64,000 bases of DNA from Candidatus Stercoripulliclostridium merdipullorum. GTDB taxonomy: Bacteria > Bacillota > Clostridia > Christensenellales > DTU072. The stretch spans positions 15,604-79,603 of the forward strand of contig DVOH01000016.1 of the NCBI GenBank assembly GCA_018713745.1, given 5' to 3'. The notes beneath the pieces were generated by a model. The model searched no databases. It saw only the letters and a list, made by a program, of their open reading frames with translations, and had not been told where the DNA came from. Made by a program: the position numbers and the translations under genes. Shown one piece after another: positions 33,252 to 42,728 of the stretch; positions within the stretch are counted from its first letter, which is position 1, and each line of letters starts with the position of its first letter.

Positions 33252-35432
33252 ATGACAAATTTCAACCATTTGGTCCGATCGTTTTTCGGACGGATCGCAG
33301 CGACGAAGACGGGTGCCGCCGCCGAAAAAATCAACGGGATCGCCTATGCCCTCGATTGCTTTTTGCAAACGGGCAACAAAGAGGATGCGTTGGTCGTTTA
33401 CTATGCGTTTTGCGAAGCGTTTGACGTGTTCGGCGAAGGGTATTCCGCCAATACAAGGACGATGCTCGAAGTTTTGTGCGAGTACGAGAGCGTCGCAGGC
33501 GCCGTCAATATGAAGCATCGCGATCATTACGGGCATTCGGCGTATGTGTTCGCGCTCGGAATCGCATTGTACGAAAACGGCGGCGTTGCCGCAACCGAAA
33601 TTCGCCGTGCGCTGTTCGACGACGAAACGTTTTTGTATCGCTGGGGATGCGTATCCCTTTTCCATGACGTCGGGTATCCCTTCGAAATGGCGTACGAAAG
33701 TATCAAAAGCTATTCCACGCGGATGGATCCCGAAGGCGATCCCCGTCGGTTTGCTCCGTCGGTCGGGTATTGCAGGCTGGATCGGTTTAACGCGCTGTCG
33801 GAGGAAGAATCCGCTTTGCTTGCAGCCGTTTATCCCGACGCCGCGTTCCGCGCCGCGGACGAAGCGTTGTTCCGGCGCCTTACCGATTTGTTCGGGGAGG
33901 GGGTCGGCTCCTTCGACGCGTTCCGTAAGCGGGCGGAAGCGCCCGAAGATCCGTTTATGGATCACGCCTATTTCGGGGCGGTTGTTCTGCTCAAGCGACT
34001 TTTGCACAAAATAGCGGGGCAAACGGCGGCAAAAGACGATCGAAAAGCGGCGACTGCCGCCGCGCTCGATCTCGGGACGGCAATTTTGTTGCACAACAGT
34101 TTTTACCGCTACGGCGTGGAGGCGCGTTGCAACTGTTCGCCCGAAGCGCTTGCGGCATGTCATCCGCTGGCATATTTTTTGATGATAGCGGACGAAATCC
34201 AGTGCTGGGATCGTGACGCCTACGGGATCGAAAGCAAAAAGGAAGTACAGCCTTGGGGATTGGATTTCGAGGTGCGGGGAGATCGACTTTGTCTGACGTA
34301 TCTGTTCGATGCCGCAGACCGAACGGTTGACGGAGTTTTTGCGCACAAACTCGGCAAAACGCTGACATGGCTTTTGGGCGAAGGCTATGACAATATTAAG
34401 ATCGGGACCGAAGTCCGTCGGCGGAAAAAGCCGAAACGGGATGCCTTTTCGACCGAATTTTTCGGCAGTCTGATCGAAAGCGCGGTTATAACGCATGCGG
34501 GATATTTGTATTCTTTGGCGCAGGACGCCGTGCGCAAGCATGCCGTAAGCGACTGGGACGGACTAAGTCCCGCGATGAAACTGTCCAATATCGCGCAAGT
34601 CAAGTCGTATCCCGCTTATCTAGCCGCAATCGGATGTTATGCGCGGAAACAATCGTCGGACGCCGCGCCGGTCGAGGCGTTGACGGAAGAAGAAGTCGAA
34701 CGGATCGCGTCGCTCGAACACGATCGCTGGATCAAGTTTCAGGAAGCGGCGGGATGGCGTTACGGACCCGAGCGCAACGATGCCGAAAAGATTCACGACT
34801 GTATGGTCGCCTACGAAGAGCTGCCGGAGTCGGTCAAGGAATACGACCGCGCGGTCGCAAGGCGTCTGATCGACGTGTACCGTCGGTGCGGTCTGACGGT
34901 TTACCGCAAGCGGAGGAAGGAGGGGGCGTTACGCCCGGGATGCTACCGGATTGCCGTGGTCGGGCATCGCGATTGGGACGAGAACGAGCGGGAAGGCATC
35001 GAGCGGAAGCTGACGGCGTTGTTTGCCGAACTGAAAGAGCGTGAAGCCGCGCCCGTCGTGGTGACGGGGCTTGCCGACGGTGCCGATCAGTTGGCGGCGG
35101 AATGCGCGTTGCGTTGCGGATTGGAGATCGAGGCGGTGTTTCCCGCAAGATTTTTCGAATTCCGCAAGACGATTGCGGCGGAGGACAAATTTGCAGACTT
35201 AATCGGAAAGCTATCGGATCTCACGCTTGCAGTGCAGGCGGAGGGGGACGAAAACGAATACCAAAGCGTGTTGCGCACGATTTTGGATCGGAGCGACGAG
35301 GCGGTCGCGCTTTGGGACGGCGAGGCGCGCGGGGGCGCGGGCGGAACGTATGACGCGGTCAAGCAATGCCGGCGGCGGAAGATTCCGCTGGCCGTAATCG
35401 CGACGCCGCGCAAATCCCGTCACCCGAATTAG
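33252..35432 (+). CDS. Uncharacterised multidomain protein: N-terminal HD domain, central RyR-like repeats, C-terminal SLOG/YpsA-like Rossmannoid domain
   Basis: 726-aa ORF after GGGAGGAG. HD signature: HRDHYGHS...LFHDVGYP...MDHAYF...LLHNS...ADEIQCWDR. RyR-like segment: EHDRWIKFQEAAGWRYGPERNDAEKIHDCMVAYEELPESVKEYDRAVARRL, preceded by WDGLSPAMKLSNIAQVKSYPAYLAAIGC. C-terminus: RIAVVGHRD...VVVTGLADGADQLAAECALRCGLEIEAVFP...DEAVALWDGE..GGTYDAV. Domain calls are by eye. Confidence 0.6.
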   Translation: MTNFNHLVRSFFGRIAATKTGAAAEKINGIAYALDCFLQTGNKEDALVVYYAFCEAFDVFGEGYSANTRTMLEVLCEYESVAGAVNMKHRDHYGHSAYVFALGIALYENGGVAATEIRRALFDDETFLYRWGCVSLFHDVGYPFEMAYESIKSYSTRMDPEGDPRRFAPSVGYCRLDRFNALSEEESALLAAVYPDAAFRAADEALFRRLTDLFGEGVGSFDAFRKRAEAPEDPFMDHAYFGAVVLLKRLLHKIAGQTAAKDDRKAATAAALDLGTAILLHNSFYRYGVEARCNCSPEALAACHPLAYFLMIADEIQCWDRDAYGIESKKEVQPWGLDFEVRGDRLCLTYLFDAADRTVDGVFAHKLGKTLTWLLGEGYDNIKIGTEVRRRKKPKRDAFSTEFFGSLIESAVITHAGYLYSLAQDAVRKHAVSDWDGLSPAMKLSNIAQVKSYPAYLAAIGCYARKQSSDAAPVEALTEEEVERIASLEHDRWIKFQEAAGWRYGPERNDAEKIHDCMVAYEELPESVKEYDRAVARRLIDVYRRCGLTVYRKRRKEGALRPGCYRIAVVGHRDWDENEREGIERKLTALFAELKEREAAPVVVTGLADGADQLAAECALRCGLEIEAVFPARFFEFRKTIAAEDKFADLIGKLSDLTLAVQAEGDENEYQSVLRTILDRSDEAVALWDGEARGGAGGTYDAVKQCRRRKIPLAVIATPRKSRHPN

Positions 35433-35452
35433 CGCGGGAGGGGTCAAAACGG

Positions 35453-35481
35453 TTGTCAGCACGCCGCGATTGTGGTATGAT
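35453..35481 (+). promoter_or_regulatory. Sigma-A type promoter (extended -10) of the pur operon
   Basis: TTGTCA 35453-35458, 17 nt, TGg-TATGAT with the -10 at 35476-35481. Confidence 0.5.
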
Positions 35482-35626
35482 AAAGATACTTTCGCACGAG
35501 GTGACAGTATGGTAATGCGTATCGGATCGATCGGACTGAAACAGTGTTCCCATTCGGGACCTTTTTCCGTGAAGTCGCCGAAACTTTACCAAAACCCGCC
35601 TTTTGTCGGAGTATAACGCAGAACAG

Positions 35627-35658
35627 ACGCAAGCAAAGTACGCTTGCGTTCTTTTTTT
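35627..35658 (+). terminator. Intrinsic terminator in the pur 5' leader, abutting the purE SD
   Basis: ACGCAAGC (35627-35634), 7-nt loop, GCTTGCGT (35642-35649), then TCTTTTTTT to 35658. GGAGG follows at 35659-35663 and the purE ATG at 35668. Confidence 0.65.
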
Positions 35659-35667
35659 GGAGGTACT

Positions 35668-36159
35668 ATGAAGAAAGTCGCTATCGTAATGGGCAGCAAA
35701 AACGATTTTCCCGTCGTCAAGCCTGCCGTCGGCGTTCTGAAAGAGTTCGGCGTTTGTTGTGACGTCCGCGTGATGAGCGCACACCGCTCGCCGCAGATTG
35801 CGGCGGAGTTCGCCGACAATGCCCGCAAAGCGGGATACGGCGTCATCATTGCCGCCGCCGGGAAAGCCGCGCATCTTGCCGGGGTAATTGCGGGACACAC
35901 ATCCCTTCCCGTCATCGGACTTCCCGTAAAGAGCAGTCTGATGGACGGACTGGACAGCCTTTTGTCGACGGTGCAGATGCCGGGCGGAATTCCCGTGGCG
36001 ACGGTCGCGGTGGACGGCGCGCTGAATGCGGGCTTGCTTGCCGTGCAGATTCTGGCGACGGCGGACGACGGACTGGTCGCAAAGCTCGACGCGTACAAAC
36101 AAAAAATGATCGATAAAATCGTAGAAGACGACAAAATCTTGCAAGAGGAGATAAAATAA
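35668..36159 (+). CDS. purE: N5-carboxyaminoimidazole ribonucleotide mutase
   Basis: ATG at 35668. [16 protein letters not shown]..., [21 protein letters not shown] motifs. Confidence 0.9.
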   Translation: MKKVAIVMGSKNDFPVVKPAVGVLKEFGVCCDVRVMSAHRSPQIAAEFADNARKAGYGVIIAAAGKAAHLAGVIAGHTSLPVIGLPVKSSLMDGLDSLLSTVQMPGGIPVATVAVDGALNAGLLAVQILATADDGLVAKLDAYKQKMIDKIVEDDKILQEEIK

Positions 36160-36869
36160 TGGAAAAGACCGTTCAACTTTACGAAGGAAAAGCCAAAAAA
36201 GTTTTTGCGACCACCGATCCCGACGTCGTGTTGGTCAGCTACAAAGACGACGCTACGGCGTTCAACGGGCTTAAAAAAGGACAGATCGCGGGAAAAGGCG
36301 TGGTTAACAACCGTTGCAGCAACTTCCTGTTCAAAATGCTCGAAGGGCACGGCATCGAAACCCATCTGATCGAAGAAGTTTCCGATACCGACACCTATGT
36401 CAAAAAGGTCGAAATCGTACCGATCGAAGTGATCGTGCGCAACATCGCCGCGGGATCGCTCAGCAAGCGCATCGGCTATCCCGAAGGAACGGTACTGAAG
36501 TCGACGGTGCTGGAATTCTGCTACAAAAACGACGATCTCGGCGATCCGATGATCAACGATTATCACGCGCTTGCGATGGGACTTGCGACCGAGGAAGAGC
36601 TTGCCACGATCAAAGCGATGAGCTTCAAGATCAACGATATTCTCCGCGATTATCTCAAAGACATCAACATCGATCTCATCGATTTCAAGCTGGAATTCGG
36701 CCGTTATAAAGGCAGAATCATTCTTGCCGACGAAATTTCGCCCGATACCTGCCGTTTCTGGGATTCCGTCACCAAGGAGAAACTGGACAAAGACCGTTTC
36801 CGTCGCGACATGGGCGGCGTGGAAGAAGCGTACCAAGAAGTGATCAAGCGTCTGATGGGAGATAAATAA
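36159..36869 (+). CDS. purC: SAICAR synthetase
   Basis: 236-aa [41 protein letters not shown]. Confidence 0.9.
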   Translation: MEKTVQLYEGKAKKVFATTDPDVVLVSYKDDATAFNGLKKGQIAGKGVVNNRCSNFLFKMLEGHGIETHLIEEVSDTDTYVKKVEIVPIEVIVRNIAAGSLSKRIGYPEGTVLKSTVLEFCYKNDDLGDPMINDYHALAMGLATEEELATIKAMSFKINDILRDYLKDINIDLIDFKLEFGRYKGRIILADEISPDTCRFWDSVTKEKLDKDRFRRDMGGVEEAYQEVIKRLMGDK

Positions 36870-36873
36870 GCGT

Positions 36874-38295
36874 ATGGAGATTACCGTTCCGGCGAAAGAA
36901 ATGGGCGTGCACGAAGAGTGCGGCGTCATCGGCATTATCGGCAAAAAGAAACAGGACGTCGCGCGCGAAATTTATTTCGGACTGTTCGCCCTGCAACACA
37001 GAGGACAGGAAAGCGCGGGAATCGCCGTATCGTACGACGGCAACAAAGTCGCTTATTATAAGAACATGGGGCTGGTCAACGAGGTGTTCGGCGAAGAAGA
37101 ACTCAAACTGCTTCCGCACAGCGAACTCGGGATCGGGCACGTTCGTTATTCGACGACGGGCAGCAGCAACGTCGTCAACGCACAGCCCGTCGTGTTTTAC
37201 GGTCGTTACGGCAGAATGGCGCTTGCCCACAACGGCAACATCGTCAACGCCTCCGAGATCAAAAACAAAATGATCCGAGCAGGGCATATTTATCAAAGCT
37301 CGGTCGACTCCGAACTCGTTGCCTCGCTGATCAACGAATACAGTACCCAAAACGTCAAAGAAGGGATCTTCAAAGCCTGCAAAGAGTTTGTCGGGGCATT
37401 TGCCATCATCGTGATGGAAGAAAACCGTCTGATCGCCGTCCGCGACAAATACGGACTCAAACCGTTGGTGCTCGGCGAAAAGGACGGAGCGTACATTCTG
37501 GCAAGCGAATCCTGCGCGCTGGACGCCCTCGAGGCCAATTTCATCCGCGACATCGAACCGGGCGAAGTGATCGAAATCGATACCGACGGCACCGTCCGTT
37601 CGGAGCATTACGACGTGCCTTGCCGCAGAAGCTGTATTTTTGAATATGTATATCTTGCGCGCAGCGATTCCGTGATCGACGGGGTCAGCGTGTACGACTC
37701 CCGTTACGAGTGCGGCAGAGCGCTTGCAAAGCTTTACAAGATCGACGCCGACATCGTTGCGGGGGTTCCCGACTCGGCGTTGGTATGCGCAAGAGGTTAC
37801 AGCGACGTTTCGGGCATTCCGTACGTCGAAGCCCTCAGCAAAAACCGCTATATCGGCAGAACGTTTATCCAGCCCAGTCAGTCGATGCGCGAAAGCAGCG
37901 TGAAGATTAAGCTCAACGCCTTCCGCTCCAACATCAAAGGCAAACGCCTGATCCTGATCGACGACAGCATCGTGCGCGGCACGACCAGCAAAAAGATTAT
38001 CAAACTTCTCCGCCAAAGCGGCGCCAAAGAAGTTCATATGTTGGTCGCTTCCCCCATCGTGCAGCATCCTTGTTATTTCGGCGTTGACATGCAGACCAAA
38101 GAGCAGTTGATCGGTGCCGAGCGCAACGCGCAGCAGATCTGTGCCGAAATCGGTGCGGACAGCCTGCATTTTATTCCGCTCGACGCCCTCAAAAGCGCCT
38201 GCGGCGGCAACGGCTGTCTGTGTTCGGCGTGTTTTGACGGGGATTACCCGATGGAAGTCGCTTGCTACGGCTGCGACAAAACGGGCTTAGAATAA
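36874..38295 (+). CDS. purF: Amidophosphoribosyltransferase
   Basis: 473-aa ORF. A short propeptide is followed by the catalytic CGVIGI. Also has the PRTase motif LIDDSIVRGTT and C-terminal Cys ligands. The start could be the second Met (36901). Confidence 0.9.
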   Translation: MEITVPAKEMGVHEECGVIGIIGKKKQDVAREIYFGLFALQHRGQESAGIAVSYDGNKVAYYKNMGLVNEVFGEEELKLLPHSELGIGHVRYSTTGSSNVVNAQPVVFYGRYGRMALAHNGNIVNASEIKNKMIRAGHIYQSSVDSELVASLINEYSTQNVKEGIFKACKEFVGAFAIIVMEENRLIAVRDKYGLKPLVLGEKDGAYILASESCALDALEANFIRDIEPGEVIEIDTDGTVRSEHYDVPCRRSCIFEYVYLARSDSVIDGVSVYDSRYECGRALAKLYKIDADIVAGVPDSALVCARGYSDVSGIPYVEALSKNRYIGRTFIQPSQSMRESSVKIKLNAFRSNIKGKRLILIDDSIVRGTTSKKIIKLLRQSGAKEVHMLVASPIVQHPCYFGVDMQTKEQLIGAERNAQQICAEIGADSLHFIPLDALKSACGGNGCLCSACFDGDYPMEVACYGCDKTGLE

Positions 38296-38313
38296 TTTTT
38301 GAAGGAGAAAGTC

Positions 38314-39330
38314 ATGGCGATTGATTACAAACAAGCGGGCGTCGACGTCGAAGCGGGATATTCCGCCGTCGCGCTGATGAAGCAGTACGTCAAAGAAACT
38401 TATGACAAAAACGTTGTCGGCGATCTCGGATCGTTCGGCGGATTTTATGCGCTGAGCGACGCGCCCGACGGCGATGTTCTGGTCGCCGGCACCGACGGGG
38501 TCGGCACCAAACTCAAATACGCTTTCGTGCTCGATCGCCACGATACCGTCGGCATCGACTGCGTCGCAATGTGCGTCAACGACATCGTCTGTCAAGGCGC
38601 GCGTCCTTTGATTTTTCTCGACTACATCGCTTGCGGAAAGCTAGTGCCCGAGAAGATCGCGTCGATCGTCAAGGGCGTTGCCGAAGGCTGCAAGCAGGCG
38701 GGTTGCGCCTTGATCGGCGGCGAAACCGCCGAGATGCCCGGCTTCTATCCCCTCGACGAGTACGATATGGCAGGATTTTCGTGCGGGATCGCGCGTAAAG
38801 ACAAGATCGTCAACGGATCGGGGATCGTTGCGGGCGACAAGCTGATCGGGCTGAAGTCGTCCGGGATCCATTCCAACGGCTACTCTTTGGTGCGGCAGCT
38901 GTTCCCGCCGGTCAAAGAAGAGTTGTTGCGTTATGACGAAGAGCTGGGCGCTACCCCCGCGGACGTGATTCTGACCCCCACGCGCATTTACGTCAAAACC
39001 GTACTCGAACTCCTTAAGACCTGTTCCGTCAAAGGGATTGCGCATATTACGGGCGGCGGATTTATCGAAAATATTCCGCGCATCATCCCCAAAGGACTGG
39101 GCGTCGCGATCGATCGCGATTCTTACGAAGTTCCCGCGATTTTCAAAGTACTGCAAAAACGCGCGGGCATCGAAGACCGCAAAATGTACAACACGTTCAA
39201 TATGGGGATCGGACTGGTTCTTGCCGTCAGCTCCGAAGACGAAGCAAACGTCGCCGCCGAACTGCGTCGCTTGGGCGAAGAGCCCGTGTTGCTCGGCAAA
39301 GTCGTCGAAGGCGAAGGCGTGATTTTATGA
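38314..39330 (+). CDS. purM: AIR synthetase
   Basis: ATG at 38314 after GAAGGAG (the track ORF begins at an upstream TTG). YKQAGVDVEAG, GTDGVGTK, GGETAEMPG. Confidence 0.9.
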   Translation: MAIDYKQAGVDVEAGYSAVALMKQYVKETYDKNVVGDLGSFGGFYALSDAPDGDVLVAGTDGVGTKLKYAFVLDRHDTVGIDCVAMCVNDIVCQGARPLIFLDYIACGKLVPEKIASIVKGVAEGCKQAGCALIGGETAEMPGFYPLDEYDMAGFSCGIARKDKIVNGSGIVAGDKLIGLKSSGIHSNGYSLVRQLFPPVKEELLRYDEELGATPADVILTPTRIYVKTVLELLKTCSVKGIAHITGGGFIENIPRIIPKGLGVAIDRDSYEVPAIFKVLQKRAGIEDRKMYNTFNMGIGLVLAVSSEDEANVAAELRRLGEEPVLLGKVVEGEGVIL

Positions 39331-39920
39331 AAAAGAGAATCGCCGTTTTCGCATCGGGGGGCGGTACCGATCTGCAAAGCGTGATCGACGCCGTCCGCCA
39401 AGGAGAAATCGAAGCCGAAATTGCCGTCGTCATCGGATCGAAGGCAGGGATTTACGCGCTGGAACGCGCCCGCCTTGCCGGCATCGAAACGGCGGTGTTT
39501 GACAAACGCGACTTCGAAAATCTTGACGCAATGTACGAAGCGTTGATCGTGTTTTTGCAAAAACGCGGAGTCGATCTGATCGTACTTGCAGGATATCTGA
39601 CCATTCTGACGCCCAACATCGTGCGGGCGTTCGAGCGAAAAATCATCAATATTCATCCCTCGCTGATCCCCAAGTACTGCGGGATCGGCTTTTACGGGAT
39701 GCGGGTACACGAAGCGGTGATCGCGGGCGGCGAAACCGAGTCGGGTTGTACCGTGCATTATGTTGACGAAGGGGCGGACACCGGAGCGATTATCGCGCAG
39801 ACCAAAGTTCCCGTCTATCCCGACGACACCCCCGAAACCTTGCAAAAGCGGGTGCTGGAAGCCGAGCACCGCTTGTTGCCCCAAACCGTTAAAAGAATCT
39901 GCAAAGGAGAGTTGCAATGA
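39327..39920 (+). CDS. purN: GAR formyltransferase
   Basis: 197-aa ORF. RIAVFASGGGTDLQ, INIHPSLIPK, GCTVHYVDEG.DTG. Confidence 0.9.
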   Translation: MKKRIAVFASGGGTDLQSVIDAVRQGEIEAEIAVVIGSKAGIYALERARLAGIETAVFDKRDFENLDAMYEALIVFLQKRGVDLIVLAGYLTILTPNIVRAFERKIINIHPSLIPKYCGIGFYGMRVHEAVIAGGETESGCTVHYVDEGADTGAIIAQTKVPVYPDDTPETLQKRVLEAEHRLLPQTVKRICKGELQ

Positions 39921-41449
39921 AAAAAAGAGCCTTGATCAGCGTGTCGGACAAAACCGACATCGAAGTCGTCGCCAAAAAACTCGTCGATCTCGGATACGAA
40001 CTGATTTCGACGGGCGGTACCTACGCCGCTTTGCAAAAAGCGGGACTCAAAGTCCTCAATATCAGTGAAATCACGGGATTTCCGGAATGCCTGGACGGGC
40101 GGGTCAAAACACTGCACCCCAAGGTGCACGCGGGGCTTCTGGCGATGCGCTCCAATCCCGAACATATGAAGCAGATTGCCGAGCTGGACGTCAACCCCAT
40201 CGACGTCGTCATCGTCAACCTGTATCCGTTCAAGCAAACGGTGATGAAAGAAGGGGTTGCCTTTGAAGAAGTCGTCGAAAATATCGATATCGGCGGACCG
40301 ACGATGTTGCGCAGCGCCGCCAAAAACTATCAGGACGTCATCGTCATCGTCGATCCCAAGGACTACGGCAAGGTGTTTTCCGAACTCGAAGGCGGTGCGG
40401 TTTCGATCGAAACGCGGATGTACCTGATGTACAAAGTCTATCAGCACACCGCGGTGTACGACACGATGATTTCGACGTATCTGCGCAACAAACTGGGGAT
40501 TGCCTTCCCCGAGCAGCTGACGCTTGCTTACGAGAAGAAAGAAGATATGCGTTACGGCGAAAACCCCCATCAGGCGGGCGCGCTGTACGCAGAGGAAATC
40601 CCCGTTGCCAACTCGTTGGTCGAAGCCGAACAACTCAACGGCAAACAACTCTCTTACAACAACATCAACGACGCCAACGGCGCCGTTGAACTGCTCAAAG
40701 AGTTTGACGCGCCGACGATCGTTGCCGTCAAGCACGCCAATCCCTGCGGCGTGGCAAGCGCCGACACGATTGCCGAAGCCTATCGCAAAGCGTATGCAAG
40801 CGACCCCGTCAGCATTTTTGGCGGAATCGTGGCTTCCAATCGCGTGATCGACGCCGAAACGGCAAGCGAAATGGTCAAGATTTTCTTAGAGATCGTCATT
40901 GCACCCGACTTCACCGCGGACGCGCTCGAAATCCTTAAGACCAAACCCAATCTCCGCGTTCTCAAGCAGGCATTGATCGCAAAGCCCAACCCCGAAGGCA
41001 CGATGGAATTTAAGAAGTGCTACGGCGGTCTGATCATGCAGGAAAGCGACAAAGGCGTCTTCGAACATCTCAAAACGGTTACCAAAGCCGTCCCGACAGA
41101 AGCCCAGATCGCCGATATGGAATTCGGCATGAAAGTCGTCAAGCACTGCAAGTCCAACGCGATCGTTATCGTGAAAGACGGCGTGACCCAAGGGATCGGC
41201 GTCGGGCAGACCAATCGGATCTGGGCGACCGAACAGGCGGGCGAGCATTGCATCAACGGCGCCAAGGGCGCGGTGCTGGCAAGCGACGCCTTCTTCCCCT
41301 TCTCGGACTGCGTCGAAGCGGCGGGAAAACTCGGGATTGCGGCAATCGTTCAGCCCGGCGGCAGTATCCGCGACGAAGACAGCGTCAAAAAAGCCGACGA
41401 ACTCGGCATTGCCATGTCCTTCAGCGGCAAACGCCATTTCAAACACTAA
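39917..41449 (+). CDS. purH: Bifunctional AICAR transformylase / IMP cyclohydrolase
   Basis: 510-aa ORF. ALISVSDKT, VKTLHPKVH.G and a C-terminal AICARFT domain ending ...GKRHFKH. Confidence 0.95.
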   Translation: MKKRALISVSDKTDIEVVAKKLVDLGYELISTGGTYAALQKAGLKVLNISEITGFPECLDGRVKTLHPKVHAGLLAMRSNPEHMKQIAELDVNPIDVVIVNLYPFKQTVMKEGVAFEEVVENIDIGGPTMLRSAAKNYQDVIVIVDPKDYGKVFSELEGGAVSIETRMYLMYKVYQHTAVYDTMISTYLRNKLGIAFPEQLTLAYEKKEDMRYGENPHQAGALYAEEIPVANSLVEAEQLNGKQLSYNNINDANGAVELLKEFDAPTIVAVKHANPCGVASADTIAEAYRKAYASDPVSIFGGIVASNRVIDAETASEMVKIFLEIVIAPDFTADALEILKTKPNLRVLKQALIAKPNPEGTMEFKKCYGGLIMQESDKGVFEHLKTVTKAVPTEAQIADMEFGMKVVKHCKSNAIVIVKDGVTQGIGVGQTNRIWATEQAGEHCINGAKGAVLASDAFFPFSDCVEAAGKLGIAAIVQPGGSIRDEDSVKKADELGIAMSFSGKRHFKH

Positions 41450-41462
41450 TCGGAGAGTTTAT

Positions 41463-42710
41463 ATGAAAATCGCAGTGATCGGCGGAGGCGGCAGAGAGCA
41501 CGCCATTATCCGTCAGTTTAAGAAGAGCCGTTATCAGCCCGAGCTGTTTTGCCTGCCCGGCAACGCGGGCATCGCAGAGGATGCGACGTGTGTGCCTGTC
41601 GGCGCGATGGAATTTGACAAAATCGTAGCGTTTGCCAAAGACAACGCCGTCGATCTCGTCTTTGTCGCGCCCGACGATCCTTTGGCGGGGGGCTTGGTCG
41701 ATCGCTTGCAGGATGCGGGCATTCGCGCGTTCGGACCGACCGCCGCCGCCGCGATCGTCGAAGGAAGCAAGGCGTTCAGCAAAGATTTTATGAAGCGGCA
41801 CGGCATTCCCACCGCGGCTTACGAAGTGTTTGACGACTTCGCCCGTGCCGAAGCCTATCTCAAGACTGCCGATTATCCCTTGGTGCTTAAGGCCGACGGA
41901 CTTGCCCTCGGCAAAGGCGTCGTCATTTGCGCTTCGGAGCAGGAGGGGCTGCAAGCACTGCGTTCGATGATGCTCGACAACGTATTCGGCAAAGCCGGAA
42001 GCCGCGTCGTCGCCGAAGAATTTCTGACGGGACACGAGGTCAGCCTGTTGGTCTTTACCGACGGCGAGCATGTCGTCCCGATGCCTTCTTCGCAAGATCA
42101 CAAGCGCGCCTATGACAACGATCAGGGTCCCAATACCGGCGGTATGGGAGCTTTTACCCCCAGTCGCTATTATACCGATGCGATCGCCGCAGAAACCGCG
42201 GAAAAGATCGTCAAGCCCACGATCGAAGGTTTGAAGGCGGAAGGGCGCAAATTTGTCGGCGTCTTGTATTTCGGACTGATGCTGACCGAAAAGGGCGTCA
42301 AAGTCCTCGAGTATAACGCGCGGTTCGGCGATCCCGAAACCCAGGCGGTGCTTCCGCTTTTGGAAACGGACTTCGTCGACGTCGTCAACGCCTGTATCGA
42401 CGGGACGCTCGATCGTCTGGACGTCAGATTTGCAGACAAAGTCGGCTTTTGCGTCGTCATCGCAAGCGGCGGCTATCCCGTCAACGTCGTCAAAGGCTAT
42501 CCCGTGACGATCGGCGATCTCGAGGGCGTTACGCTGATTCACGCGGGGACGGCGATCAAAGACGGCAAACTCGTCACCAACGGCGGCAGAGTGTTCTGTC
42601 TGACCACGGTCGCCGATACCATGGAGGAAGCACGCAAAACCGTCTACCGCGAAATCGACAAAGTTTCGTTTACCGACAGCCGCTACCGCCGCGACATCGG
42701 CGTCAAATAA
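41463..42710 (+). CDS. purD: GAR synthetase
   Basis: ATG at 41463 after GGAGAG. MKIAVIGGGGREHAI, ATP-grasp motifs, GGRV near the C-terminus. Confidence 0.9.
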   Translation: MKIAVIGGGGREHAIIRQFKKSRYQPELFCLPGNAGIAEDATCVPVGAMEFDKIVAFAKDNAVDLVFVAPDDPLAGGLVDRLQDAGIRAFGPTAAAAIVEGSKAFSKDFMKRHGIPTAAYEVFDDFARAEAYLKTADYPLVLKADGLALGKGVVICASEQEGLQALRSMMLDNVFGKAGSRVVAEEFLTGHEVSLLVFTDGEHVVPMPSSQDHKRAYDNDQGPNTGGMGAFTPSRYYTDAIAAETAEKIVKPTIEGLKAEGRKFVGVLYFGLMLTEKGVKVLEYNARFGDPETQAVLPLLETDFVDVVNACIDGTLDRLDVRFADKVGFCVVIASGGYPVNVVKGYPVTIGDLEGVTLIHAGTAIKDGKLVTNGGRVFCLTTVADTMEEARKTVYREIDKVSFTDSRYRRDIGVK

Positions 42711-42728
42711 TATAAGGATAAAAGCATT

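Noticed and set aside
35509-35616. 35-codon ORF (MVMRIGSIGLKQCSHSGPFSVKSPKLYQNPPFVGV) with GAGG 7 nt upstream, ending 10 nt before the pur leader terminator
   Set aside because: The geometry is tempting for a leader peptide. However, the peptide has no enrichment for any amino acid linked to purine synthesis (Gly, Gln, Asp), and there is no precedent I know of. It is probably fortuitous. It is worth a look only if ribosome profiling shows occupancy.
35488-35660. Known purine, ZTP (pfl) or PRPP/ykkC-type riboswitch in the pur leader
   Set aside because: I could not find the conserved cores of any of these classes by eye: no GGAUAUGG...CCGUAAAU pattern, no CCGCCUGGGC pseudoknot strand, no ACGR/GGGA ykkC landmarks. 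The leader is therefore reported only as an unclassified leader. An Infernal scan is needed.
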